Of a DNA stretch of 64,000 bases, positions 13,224 through 23,508 are shown piece by piece; position 1 is the first letter of the stretch, and each line of letters begins with the position of its first letter. The notes under the pieces are model-generated. The model was not told where the DNA came from and searched no databases. It was given only the letters and a program-made list of their open reading frames with translations. A program made the position numbers and the translations under genes. The stretch spans positions 25,404 to 89,403 of the forward strand of contig CBFFRP010000318.1 in assembly GCA_965644295.1 (NCBI GenBank). The letters run 5' to 3'. This DNA is from Paraphysomonas bandaiensis (lineage: Eukaryota > Protista > Chrysophyceae).

Positions 13224-13348
13224 CTCCCCCTCAATTGAGTGTTGTACTTATGACGCCTCCCAGCTATTGAATGCCTGAGATAAAAAAATTCTTGACAGTA
13301 AAATAGACTCATCTCTAAGTCTAAACCTCTGTCTAAAAAACTCAGTAC

Positions 13349-15742
13349 CTACTTGCGCCTTCTTTTATCCCTTGGTCCCTCATTAATCACTTCAGTGGAA
13401 CTCTTAACTTTCTCTCCAAGATTTCTCTTTCTCTGCTCCATATATGATAAACCAACCAATGACTTTGTATAAATATCTGCTGCTTGTTGCGATGTATGCA
13501 CATGCACTAACTTAATCGTATTGAACTGATTGGGATCCACGTGCTCTCTCACCATGTGATACTTAATCTCAATGTGCTTCGACTTCTTGTGAAACACTGG
13601 GTTTTCGGCCAAATCCTGGGCACTCTGACTGTCGATGAAGAATGGTGTGGGTTTGATGAGCCTCAACTTAATCTCACCCGTCACCCCCCGAACCCATAGC
13701 ACTTCTTGGAGACCCGAGTAAATACACTGATACTCAGACTGCATGCTTGACGTTGCCACTGTCGTCTGCAGTTTGGACTGCCAGACTATAGGCCCTCCCG
13801 CTGCAAACCCAACGTACCCCGACGTGGACTTCCTGGAGAGCTGATCTCCCGCCCAATCCGCGTCAGTAAACATATGGAAGTCGAACCGTCTACTCCCATA
13901 TTGAATCCCTTTGTCAATAGAACCACGAATATATTGCCATACATGTGTTAATAGCTTGCATACTTCAATATTCACCTTATTACTGAACCGAGACAGTACT
14001 CCCACTGCATAGGCAATATCCGGCCTCGTGTTCATCGATAGATATAGTAATGCACCTATCAACGGCCGATATGGGAAGTTATCTACTATAAGCTGTTCCT
14101 CCTCGGTATGCTCATGCCGCGCCCCTTTTGCCACTAAATCCATTGCTTCCGCCGGTAGAGGACTCTTCCGTACCTTTCGCGGTGACCCAAGATACTTTTC
14201 AAACTTTTCTAAGATCTTAGCCGCATATACTGATTGGTCAAGACGAATATACTCTGGCGTTCTTGTGACTCGAACATTCAGAAAATGTTCCATCTCGCCC
14301 ATATCCTTCATATCAAACCGGGCACACAGTTGAGCTTTAATATCCTTCACTATGTTGACATCACGACCTAACACTAGGATATCATCCACATATATCGTTA
14401 ATAATATCAATTCATCGCCCTTATACTGATAATACAAACACGGGTCTAATACACATGGTTTAAAATGCATAGATCGTATGAATTTATCCAATGTTTTCCA
14501 CCACGACCGCGGGGAACTCCGAAGCCCGTATAACGACTTCTTCAACTTAAAGCAGTACCCCTCAGGCAGCTGAAAGTCCGGAGTTGCCTTCATATATACA
14601 TCCCCCTCTATATCTGCATATAGAAATGCGTTAGACACATCCAGTTGATGAATTACCATGTTCATCACGAAAGCTATGGCGATTAACAGTCGCACTGTTA
14701 CCCCCTTAACAACGGGTGCGAAATGGTTCGCCCAACCACTCGACTGCTGTCCACAACCGATTGCTACAAGACGAGCCTTATATCGGCGGACCTCTCCCTC
14801 CTTATCGTACTTCTTTCCATAGACGTACTTGGAGTGCAGTGGGACGACTCCGTCCGGTATACGAGTCACCTCCATGGTATCTCGCTTCGCCAAACCCTCT
14901 CGCTCTACACGGCGAGCTCGTCTCCACTCCCTGTGCTCGGCACTCTCCAAGGACTCACGATGTGTCTGAGGCACTGTCGACTCTTCCGCTGACATCCACA
15001 CTGAGTCTGCCTCCTGTAAAAGGTCACTCACATCACTCTCATCACTCAAATGATGGATTTGTCCTAACACCGACACATTCGTTACCGTCCTTGGAGTTCT
15101 TGCGCGTTTGCCGTGCGGATGATTCTCGGCAGGGGTCCCTTCCCCCGAAGGTAATGCTGAGTCAGCCTGGGGCTGCACCTGCCCACTTTCCGACTGCTGT
15201 GGCACCACTCCGCTGATACCGCCGTCACGGTTGTCAGTAACTCTGGCCCTAACCACCCTCTGCGCAAGATCCTCTGTCATCTTCTTGATGTCAGCAATAT
15301 GAATAGGAGTTTTATCCTCCACTTGAACCTGGTTACCAGTAACCAACGACCGGTATCCCACAATAAGTCCCTTCCTTATCACCACTCTGTTAGTCTTGTA
15401 TAGCAGACCACCATCCTCATGGTGCTTTCCGATAAGATACTCAAACTCACCCGGTTGACGAGCCTCGGGATCTATAGCCACTTGAGCCTCCTCCAGCTCT
15501 CTATAATAATCCTGAGACCTCTCAGGTACCGATTCATCAAATAATACATGTACCGAGTGTACTACGGTGTCCCCCACTAGCACCTTGTATCCTTTTCGAT
15601 CAGCTGGATACCCTATGAAATAACCTGTCATTGCTTTGTCCTCCCAGTCCTTCCTCCTGTCGGCCTTGGGTGTTAGCACATATGCTTTGCACCCCCATTT
15701 CCGTAGCCACGATAGGCTGGGAACGCTCCCCCTGGGACACAC
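13349..15742 (-). CDS. Copia pol, C-terminal part (integrase C-terminus, reverse transcriptase, RNase H)
   Basis: LRKWGCKAYV, GYFIGY, YKARLVAIG, HQLDVSNAFL, LKKSLYGL, IYVDDIL, FTDADWAG, KHIEIKYH. Confidence 0.95.
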   Translation of the reverse strand: MCPRGSVPSLSWLRKWGCKAYVLTPKADRRKDWEDKAMTGYFIGYPADRKGYKVLVGDTVVHSVHVLFDESVPERSQDYYRELEEAQVAIDPEARQPGEFEYLIGKHHEDGGLLYKTNRVVIRKGLIVGYRSLVTGNQVQVEDKTPIHIADIKKMTEDLAQRVVRARVTDNRDGGISGVVPQQSESGQVQPQADSALPSGEGTPAENHPHGKRARTPRTVTNVSVLGQIHHLSDESDVSDLLQEADSVWMSAEESTVPQTHRESLESAEHREWRRARRVEREGLAKRDTMEVTRIPDGVVPLHSKYVYGKKYDKEGEVRRYKARLVAIGCGQQSSGWANHFAPVVKGVTVRLLIAIAFVMNMVIHQLDVSNAFLYADIEGDVYMKATPDFQLPEGYCFKLKKSLYGLRSSPRSWWKTLDKFIRSMHFKPCVLDPCLYYQYKGDELILLTIYVDDILVLGRDVNIVKDIKAQLCARFDMKDMGEMEHFLNVRVTRTPEYIRLDQSVYAAKILEKFEKYLGSPRKVRKSPLPAEAMDLVAKGARHEHTEEEQLIVDNFPYRPLIGALLYLSMNTRPDIAYAVGVLSRFSNKVNIEVCKLLTHVWQYIRGSIDKGIQYGSRRFDFHMFTDADWAGDQLSRKSTSGYVGFAAGGPIVWQSKLQTTVATSSMQSEYQCIYSGLQEVLWVRGVTGEIKLRLIKPTPFFIDSQSAQDLAENPVFHKKSKHIEIKYHMVREHVDPNQFNTIKLVHVHTSQQAADIYTKSLVGLSYMEQRKRNLGEKVKSSTEVINEGPRDKRRRK

Positions 15743-17946
15743 TCATATGGAGACATCCATCCTTGCCACGTCCGAGTTGGCATTCGTCGCACAATGTAAC
15801 ATGCAGTTTGATAAGCATCAAACCAGAACGACTTTGGAAGTCCAGATGCCGTCAACATCGTCAGTGTCATCTCCCCAATTGTTCGGAATTTCCTCTCAGA
15901 CACCGCGTTGAGCTCTGGCGTGTCTCGTGTTGTATGTGACACCCGAGTCCCATATCGCTGCAACAGATACTCTCTTATCTGCTGACTAATAAGTTCGGAT
16001 CCTCCATCGGCATGATACTCCACTATACGGTTCCACCCCTCGTACTTCACTAAGTGGACCTCGCACAAGTGTCGTAGACATTTGAACACCTCCTCTCCGC
16101 TTCGAGTCCTCAATCCATATTCCCATATCATCTTTGTTGCTAAGTCCGTGAATAGGAGCACGTACTTATACCCTTGTCTGGATTCACAATTCAGGTAGAC
16201 TGAGATGTCCGCTGTCACTCGTTCCAGAAACCTGACTGCGCTTAGCTCTTCGTTGTCCCGTGATTTGAACGAATGCCTGGTTATCTTCGCCTTGGCACAC
16301 CATTTACACAGGGGTTTCTTGCAACTCTTCTCCTTTGCCTTCGAAAGGTGATGTCGTTGTAGTCCTGATCCTCTGAATAACATGTGTCGGTGAGCTTCTA
16401 ATAACTTCGATTTCGAGACATGTCCAGTACGCTCATGTAAGCGATCCAACGCATCTTGTCCTGTATTATCCGACAAATTTACCTCCTCCATCTGATTGCA
16501 CATAGACACATTTGGCAGATTTAACACCTCCATCAAGTCCACATACGGCATTCCTCCATGCTCATCGTACTCTCCAGTCAACACCTCGTTTCCAGAGTCC
16601 AATTCCACGATTTTAGGCTTTCGAAGCAGTTGTAATCCGTATCCCATTGATCTCAGCATTCCTCCTGACACAATGTTCTTCACCGCTTCCTCACTAACTC
16701 TGATGTCTCTCCATTCCCCGAATGTACCAGCCCCCTGTGTCTCCAATTGAGAACCCTTTCTAGTTAGTTGGATTGCCCCAAACTCAGGAGTAAATGACTC
16801 CAGTGCAATTTTATCCTTTACTATAAACAGTCTTTTACTTGCACAACTGTCCAGATATACACGAGGTTCTTCCGACGTATCCACCGATAGCAAAACCTCT
16901 TCTCCAAACATATTCGCTTCATCATCCGACGACTCTCCGTCGTTGACGTATTTCTTCCATTCTGTCTCGAATTTCCTGTTCGATTTTCGAGGATTCTCAT
17001 TATCCGGGTTTTTTATGTTCTTCCGTTTTTTCGACTTGCACTGTCGGGCTTTGTGACTAAAATCTCCACAGATATGACAACCAGTATAATCCTTTGATCC
17101 TGGCTGCTGCACACTCTTCGAAGCCTTTTCCTTTGTCTTCCCTTTTCTTTTGAACTTGTCCATTTTCCTTTGTCGTTCCTTAGCATAACAATTCGCTGCT
17201 ACATGTCCCTTCTTCCGACAAAATGAACAAACCACTGGCTCCTTCGACGCCGTAAAATTGATCTCTTCAGATTTGTCTCCCTTTAGTTTCTTCAGTTGCG
17301 TCATAGCCTCGTCATACTCTTCACAAGCCTCTTTCACCGAATCAAATGTAGTTGTTGCTTTAGGCATCATCGCTACCGACATCCATAAATCATGTAATTC
17401 CTCTATCTGCAGCGCTGCTTTTATCTTTGCTAATTTACTTGCCTCTGTCTGCGGTTGTCCCAATTTTATGAGCTTCTGGATTATACCGTTCAGTCGATCT
17501 ACCCCAACAGACACCTTTTCCCCCGGCCTTATTTTGAACGAATGGTATTCTGCCGTAGTCTTCTCCAATACAGTCCCAATCTCGCCTCTGAACCTATCAA
17601 CCAGTGTCTGAAGGAGCTCACTGGATAACACCTCCTTAGCAGGATCATCAGCAGGTAAAATTGCCTTCCCCTCCAAATATTGATTGGCTACCTCCAACAC
17701 ATCAGGGTCATGCTCGCAAGCCTCCCAAATAGTACTAACACAGGTATCATTACGCTCTCTCCATGACTCTAAATTCCTTCCTCCGGCTGGCGGGTCCTCC
17801 AAGCCAAGATGGTTTCGGTTTTTCTTCATTAGATGCATCTTGATTTTTCTCGCTGAATAGTCTGCTTGGTTCTTGTCAAACCGTAGCTTCTTGTCATCTT
17901 CCCCATCCCTACAACTACCATCCGCTACCATAACAGAAGTTGACAT
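15673..17946 (-). CDS. Copia gag-protease-integrase, N-terminal part
   Basis: Two CCHC knuckles (CSFCRKKGHVAANC, CHICGDFSHKARQC), protease YLDSCAS, integrase HHCC (LHERTGH..CKWC) and DDE motifs (TADIS, HADGGSEL, NAVSER). Confidence 0.95.
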   Translation of the reverse strand: MSTSVMVADGSCRDGEDDKKLRFDKNQADYSARKIKMHLMKKNRNHLGLEDPPAGGRNLESWRERNDTCVSTIWEACEHDPDVLEVANQYLEGKAILPADDPAKEVLSSELLQTLVDRFRGEIGTVLEKTTAEYHSFKIRPGEKVSVGVDRLNGIIQKLIKLGQPQTEASKLAKIKAALQIEELHDLWMSVAMMPKATTTFDSVKEACEEYDEAMTQLKKLKGDKSEEINFTASKEPVVCSFCRKKGHVAANCYAKERQRKMDKFKRKGKTKEKASKSVQQPGSKDYTGCHICGDFSHKARQCKSKKRKNIKNPDNENPRKSNRKFETEWKKYVNDGESSDDEANMFGEEVLLSVDTSEEPRVYLDSCASKRLFIVKDKIALESFTPEFGAIQLTRKGSQLETQGAGTFGEWRDIRVSEEAVKNIVSGGMLRSMGYGLQLLRKPKIVELDSGNEVLTGEYDEHGGMPYVDLMEVLNLPNVSMCNQMEEVNLSDNTGQDALDRLHERTGHVSKSKLLEAHRHMLFRGSGLQRHHLSKAKEKSCKKPLCKWCAKAKITRHSFKSRDNEELSAVRFLERVTADISVYLNCESRQGYKYVLLFTDLATKMIWEYGLRTRSGEEVFKCLRHLCEVHLVKYEGWNRIVEYHADGGSELISQQIREYLLQRYGTRVSHTTRDTPELNAVSERKFRTIGEMTLTMLTASGLPKSFWFDAYQTACYIVRRMPTRTWQGWMSPYECVPGGAFPAYRGYGNGGAKHMC
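17918..17930 (-). promoter_or_regulatory. Primer-binding site, probably complementary to the initiator tRNA-Met 3' end
   Basis: TGGTAGCGGATGG immediately after the 5' LTR; it shares TGGTAGCG with the yeast Ty1 PBS. Confidence 0.75.
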
Positions 17947-18223
17947 TATTTGCTAAGGTTTTCTATTCTCAACTGATAAGATGAAATTATAAACATTACA
18001 TGATAAAGAACCTAAGTTGTGTTCGATGTGTTCAACACCATTCATTTACTACTATAGTGTACAAACCACCCACTCAGTGATCGTATCCTGTATAGTCATC
18101 CACTTCTACTTCAGTTTCATACTACATAATATAATGTACTAATTACATATATATCTTTCGATCCTTGCATCTCACATAATACTGCACTCAATTGCAAGTA
18201 TATAGAATCTTCAGATCTCAACA
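17931..18223 (-). repeat. 5' LTR of the Copia element
   Basis: Starts TGTTGAG on the minus strand; identical to 12931-13223. Confidence 0.95.
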
Positions 18224-18479
18224 AGTAATATATGATATAATTACAAAATGTAGTTATTTTCTTTCGTTGTGTATTGCAGCTTCTTTCAACTTTGGGGAAA
18301 AATTATACTCTAGGTGAAATATGCACATTTTCAATGCTTTTTAGAGTTTTTGTATTAGAAATATTGCTTGTAAATAATTGTGTTATAGGACAGTGATCAC
18401 AAACCCAAATTCGTAGCATGATATATATCAACAAAGAATTTATTAATTACACCATACTAAAAGAATAGATCTTCATCTA

Positions 18480-21400
18480 CTAAAGAATACCAACTGAATG
18501 CATTCGCTGGCTCAAGTACTCCCTGATATAATCATCTGAAAATTCGCCAGAATACATCTCCCGAACCACATGGAAACCGTCTTGGGCTGACTGCAAATAG
18601 TCGTCTCGGCTTTGCGCAAAATATTTCATACGATTCACATGCGGATGCTTGTAAGAGAATTCAAAATTATACACATTACGATGTGTGCCCGTTTCTGGAA
18701 CTCTCTGTGCAACTATGATATCGGCTTTGAAGCCATGATAGTAAACCAAGGTCAAAACTTTGTAGTCATCTCCAAGGCCATTATCATCTAATATCTGTTC
18801 TATGCATTTTCCAAAACTAGATATCCGCGAGTTTATGACTATGCTGTGCTCATTATCTGTTGCATATTGAATCGGCTCCAAGTGCATGACATTGCTCTGC
18901 AAGGAAGACATGGAGCGTTTAATAACTTCCACAATGTCTTGCGGGAGATCCTCTTCCTTCGTGAGAACGCAAGCCAACGACCTCCACACTTTAGTGGCTG
19001 AATTTCGTTGGGATACACAACACATATCGGTCGACTCAAGCAATGCGGATGTGCGATTAACCACGCCTCTGAGTAAATCAATTGACTTGGGGAAATCTTT
19101 CGACAAAAGTCCAAGCAGGCCTACGAGGGCATACGATAAATTCGCAGGAGTGTCCTGGTTATCAGATGCAGGAATAACCTCAAGTTTATCCACAAAAGCC
19201 TTTGCTTCAGGGTGGCAATGATGTAATCCTCCGAGGCCTGAAAGGGCCATCAACTCAACGTGCCTCGTTTCAGTAAGATACTTGTCAGTTATAGCCACCA
19301 ATAATTCCCTCACGTTATCGTCGTGACTGTACTTTGAGCGCAGCCCCAACAGCATCATACCCAAATACGTGTCGGAATAATCATCTACACGAGAGTGTTC
19401 TACAAGACGTCTAGCAGCAAGCATCATATCACTCACTTCTGGACAGTCCGATGTCATACTCCGTAGCCCGTACAACACATTCGCAATGTTCATGCACGAG
19501 AATTCGGATGTACACTCGTCAATCAACCTAAACAACTTTGATAGAGTCTGCCGTACCTCAACATAGTTACAGTTCATTCTACCTATACCGGTCATAATCA
19601 TGCTGATATTATCAGGTGCAAAAGGCGGTCGAGAGGGGTTCGAGTCAACGCGATTGATAATACCCAGCAAAACTGCACGAGAAGCTTTCGTTGAGCTCCC
19701 GCCTCGAGATAGCCCATGAAACGACAGTGCCATGTGCTGCTCATTGAAACACATGTCTGGGGATGCTTCGGATATCACATTCGCTAAGATTTTTAGAAGA
19801 TCCTGAATCTCTTCTGTCTGGCTATTCATACTTCGAATCCCGTATAACATACAAGCTATGGCAACACTATCGTTCACAGAACTGCCAGATATCTGAAGAA
19901 TTTTATCGTTCAGTGTGCGAACAATTTTCGATAGCACATCGCATTCAACAGACATATTATGTAATCCGTACATGGCCTTGCCGATAGCACTCATCGCCAA
20001 CTTATCAGTACTTCGAGACAAATGAAAGGACAATATTTTCAGAATATCCATCACATATTCACTGTCATTATTGAAATGTTGTAGACCGTAGAGGGCATTG
20101 CATATATGGATCCCTCTGCACACCTCACTTCCTTTGACCATACGAGGCCCACTGGCAAGATTTATATTACCATGAGAGTCTATGTCTGGTATTTTGCTTG
20201 CAACAACTTTCAGAGCCTCATGGGCTTCAGGACAATCGGAAGACATGCCATTCAAGCTATACACAACACGACAGAGCACGGTCCCGTCAAGCGTCGTCGG
20301 GGATTTGGATAGCTTGGTCGTAAGGCACTTGAGTAGCGCAACCGGTTCTGGTTGTTTGGAAGACATGTGTTGCAGACCAGAATAGGCCTGACTGACAAGT
20401 ACTTTCGAAAGTGGTCTACTGAAAGACCTTACCTTGTCGCAGAGTGTCGATATTAACTGCTTTTCTGGAAGTGATTGGCCAGTGATATGCTGCAGAGAGG
20501 ACAATGATGTGTACACCTGATTTCCATTCCAAGCATTCGGTAGACTTGTCTGTAGCTTTTTTGTGAGACATTCAACGACTTCATCACGATTCTCATCATT
20601 CTTGAACCGAGGCAGAAATTGCAGGGCAGCAACGCAATGAAAAATGTGCTTGGCGTGGCTTAAAGGTTTCTCCGAGTCCACTAATGATCGGAAGAGAGCC
20701 AGAACAATGCCTGGGATGGCTTCAGATGATATGTGCCTTAACTCTTTTATTTCCACAATCGCTCGTCCAATATCTTCAGTTGAGTTGATTGCATTTGTCA
20801 TTGTGAGACCTGCGTCTACCTTCTCCGCACATGCACTAAGAACAGCATCCACACCAGCACTGTTTGAACCATATGGAAGGGGTTTGGATATAGCTGCCAA
20901 AGATGAGAGAATGTATTTCACTTCTATGGGTGTAGCATCTACACTTTCTACAGTGTTAGCATTTAAGGCAGGCTTACTTCTCATGCAATGAGCTATTGTA
21001 TTCATCGCAATAGTAGCACATTCCTGTCGCACATCCATCGCCACCAATCCGTCCAGAGCACGTACACAAACACGAAACGGTATATTTTCAGGGATATTGG
21101 CAAAATCATGAGTGCATAGATTGTTCAAAATTGTCAATATCTCTCGGCCAGATGAGCTATGTGAGCCAATGTGACGGAGACCATTCAGGGCCTGTAAATA
21201 CTGAATATCAGTTATAGGAGTCGTCGAGCGCCGGAGAAGCCGTAATATATTATCTACAAGAATCTTTCCCTCTTTGTGCTCCGTTGATATCCAAGAGAGA
21301 CTGGACACTATACATGTGATGTCCTCAGCGCTAAGAGGCTCGTTACAGGCAGCAACATGAGGAGTAATGATTGCCAGCAACTCTCGCACAATCTCTTCAC

Positions 21401-22064
21401 GGGAAGACATACAACTTAGCCCAGAACAGAGCATTCCTACCATTTTCGCGCTCAGGGGCTTAACTGGGCAAGGTTTGTATATATCACATAGAACTGTGAG
21501 CAGATTCCTTACATCTTTATGAGAGCCATTAAACTTTCGCATTCCGTACATCGACATGCACATCTCCTCCGGGGTGCACACAAGTTGGCCAGAGTCTGAT
21601 ACTTTCTGATGTAATGTAGATATAAAATGACGAACTTCACTAGTATGACTACTCATACACTGCATGCCATAAAGCAGGCTGCATATTGACGTGCTATCTA
21701 ACGGGTAATCAATTTTTCGAAATGCATTTTCAAGGACACCAAGAAGAGCTCTGCAGTCAGAGCGCTCAATTTCTAAGCTCAATAAACCATTCCCTAACAA
21801 CACAACATCACTCGTCTCATGCATCAGATGCGTTCCTTTAGCAGATACGATAATATTCTGAACCTCTTCAGGGGAGAGAAGAGTTCTATTAATACCCGCA
21901 GTGCTCATTGTAGACAGCACTGGTACACACGCTTGTTGTCTATTTTTTGCCCCTTGTAAAGTATACGCAGATGAAGAAATCCTTCTAGAGGAAAATGAAC
22001 TCTCATGACTGTATTTTTTATATGATAAAAATCGATTTAATCGCAATTTTCGATGAGATAACAT
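18480..22064 (-). CDS. Alpha-solenoid ~40-aa repeat protein with C-terminal RAP-like domain; likely mitochondrial RNA-binding/processing factor
   Basis: Intronless 1194-aa ORF with an Arg/Ser-rich N-terminus. xLYGLxxMxSxxxEVxxLLxxL recurs at 40-41 aa spacing. The C-terminus GFKADIIV..YNFEF..HPH..SRDDYL..GFHVVR fits the RAP pattern. Confidence 0.75.
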   Translation of the reverse strand: MLSHRKLRLNRFLSYKKYSHESSFSSRRISSSAYTLQGAKNRQQACVPVLSTMSTAGINRTLLSPEEVQNIIVSAKGTHLMHETSDVVLLGNGLLSLEIERSDCRALLGVLENAFRKIDYPLDSTSICSLLYGMQCMSSHTSEVRHFISTLHQKVSDSGQLVCTPEEMCMSMYGMRKFNGSHKDVRNLLTVLCDIYKPCPVKPLSAKMVGMLCSGLSCMSSREEIVRELLAIITPHVAACNEPLSAEDITCIVSSLSWISTEHKEGKILVDNILRLLRRSTTPITDIQYLQALNGLRHIGSHSSSGREILTILNNLCTHDFANIPENIPFRVCVRALDGLVAMDVRQECATIAMNTIAHCMRSKPALNANTVESVDATPIEVKYILSSLAAISKPLPYGSNSAGVDAVLSACAEKVDAGLTMTNAINSTEDIGRAIVEIKELRHISSEAIPGIVLALFRSLVDSEKPLSHAKHIFHCVAALQFLPRFKNDENRDEVVECLTKKLQTSLPNAWNGNQVYTSLSSLQHITGQSLPEKQLISTLCDKVRSFSRPLSKVLVSQAYSGLQHMSSKQPEPVALLKCLTTKLSKSPTTLDGTVLCRVVYSLNGMSSDCPEAHEALKVVASKIPDIDSHGNINLASGPRMVKGSEVCRGIHICNALYGLQHFNNDSEYVMDILKILSFHLSRSTDKLAMSAIGKAMYGLHNMSVECDVLSKIVRTLNDKILQISGSSVNDSVAIACMLYGIRSMNSQTEEIQDLLKILANVISEASPDMCFNEQHMALSFHGLSRGGSSTKASRAVLLGIINRVDSNPSRPPFAPDNISMIMTGIGRMNCNYVEVRQTLSKLFRLIDECTSEFSCMNIANVLYGLRSMTSDCPEVSDMMLAARRLVEHSRVDDYSDTYLGMMLLGLRSKYSHDDNVRELLVAITDKYLTETRHVELMALSGLGGLHHCHPEAKAFVDKLEVIPASDNQDTPANLSYALVGLLGLLSKDFPKSIDLLRGVVNRTSALLESTDMCCVSQRNSATKVWRSLACVLTKEEDLPQDIVEVIKRSMSSLQSNVMHLEPIQYATDNEHSIVINSRISSFGKCIEQILDDNGLGDDYKVLTLVYYHGFKADIIVAQRVPETGTHRNVYNFEFSYKHPHVNRMKYFAQSRDDYLQSAQDGFHVVREMYSGEFSDDYIREYLSQRMHSVGIL

Positions 22065-23508
22065 GACGACAAATTACATATAGAAAGGGGAGGTATATGG
22101 GGCTTAAATCAACTCAAAATACTGTGTCTTATGCACTGTAATGATGAGATGAATGTGTGTGAGAAGATGAGTGTATTTACTGGAGAGATAATGAGAGTGT
22201 TGTGATTCTAGTGGGAGTTTGATGAATGCAGTGTGGTTACTGTGGATTGCTATGGAATCACCGCACACCGTACATACACTCTGTATGTATTCTACATAGT
22301 CATACATGCATACATCTACTATACCATCTACCTACATACCTACATACAGATATATATATGGGACCATCACCACCAGACAACAGGCACTATCTCGTGGTGC
22401 AGGGTACTCTAGTGTCTAAATCTAGGAAATCATAAAAATCTGGGTATTTTTAGGATTCAACTGTCCAAAAACTGCAAAAAAACAAAACGCTAACATATAG
22501 AAACACACGTTACAATATTCACACTGAAGAGTCTTGAGCTGATGCGTCCGTTGAGCGATATGATCCAGTGACCATTATGCATAGATCATGCATTGAGACA
22601 TGCATGAATATCTTGCTTCCCAACAAGTAATCAACACCACGGGGTGACTGTCATATATATAGTCACATGGACACATAAATCTGCACGTAAACGGCTGCAT
22701 AAACGCCTAAATCTATGCATACTATACACTATTTTATAGGGAAGATTGATATGGCTGCCTATTCTTGTCCTTATCACTCAACTGCCTCATCCTTCAAAAG
22801 TATCAACAGAATAAGGATTAAATATGTATCAATGCAGTGTATATATTGGTACTATTCTGAGGCCCAAATTCAGCTATGAATTAGTTTGATGTTTCTTCAC
22901 ACTCACAGTAGGAATTGATGATCAGCATACAAGAATGATCTGCTAATATCGATATATTAGTAGCCTCCGGCAAAAAGTAATAAGAATATAAGTTAGTTTG
23001 TATTTACTCCCACACAAGTAGGCCCCAGAATATTATTGGTGGCTTCTTGCTTGTAAGACTATATTAGTTGGGTGGTAGTACGATAGTGCATTCGATTTGT
23101 CGTTGGTCCGTATAGAGTATAAAACATGAAATAACGATAACATGTTATTTAGTTAGTAGTTAATTGGACCCCTAGGGGATATATATATCACCTAACTCAG
23201 CATCTCACCGTCTAGAATTTATTTAGAATCGCGCAAATATTTTCGAGGGGTTGGTCATGTGAACAAGCAAATGACCTAGACTTATAGCTTACTATTCGTG
23301 CCATGATAACTTTATAAGTCAAGAAATATAAGTCATGATTCAATTATTATTATTAAGAGGTATAACTAATAATTAATAGCAAGTTACTGTCGCCTGGACT
23401 TTGAAGTTTAACTGCGATTAGCCACTGTATATTTCTTTTGCTGCATACTACTCACAAATATTGGGCAAAATCCACGAATGATAAGCACGTAATGATGATG
23501 AAAGCAGA

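Larger units (their letters stand above)
12931..18223 (-). mobile_element. Full-length Ty1/Copia LTR retrotransposon (5293 bp)
   Basis: Two 293-bp LTRs, identical by eye; PBS TGGTAGCGGA; PPT TTGAGGGGGAG; AGTA on both flanks; gag-PR-IN-RT-RNaseH domain order. Confidence 0.97.

Noticed and set aside
15673-15742. Programmed gag/pol frameshift
   Set aside because: The position is within integrase and there is no canonical slippery heptamer; an indel is more parsimonious.
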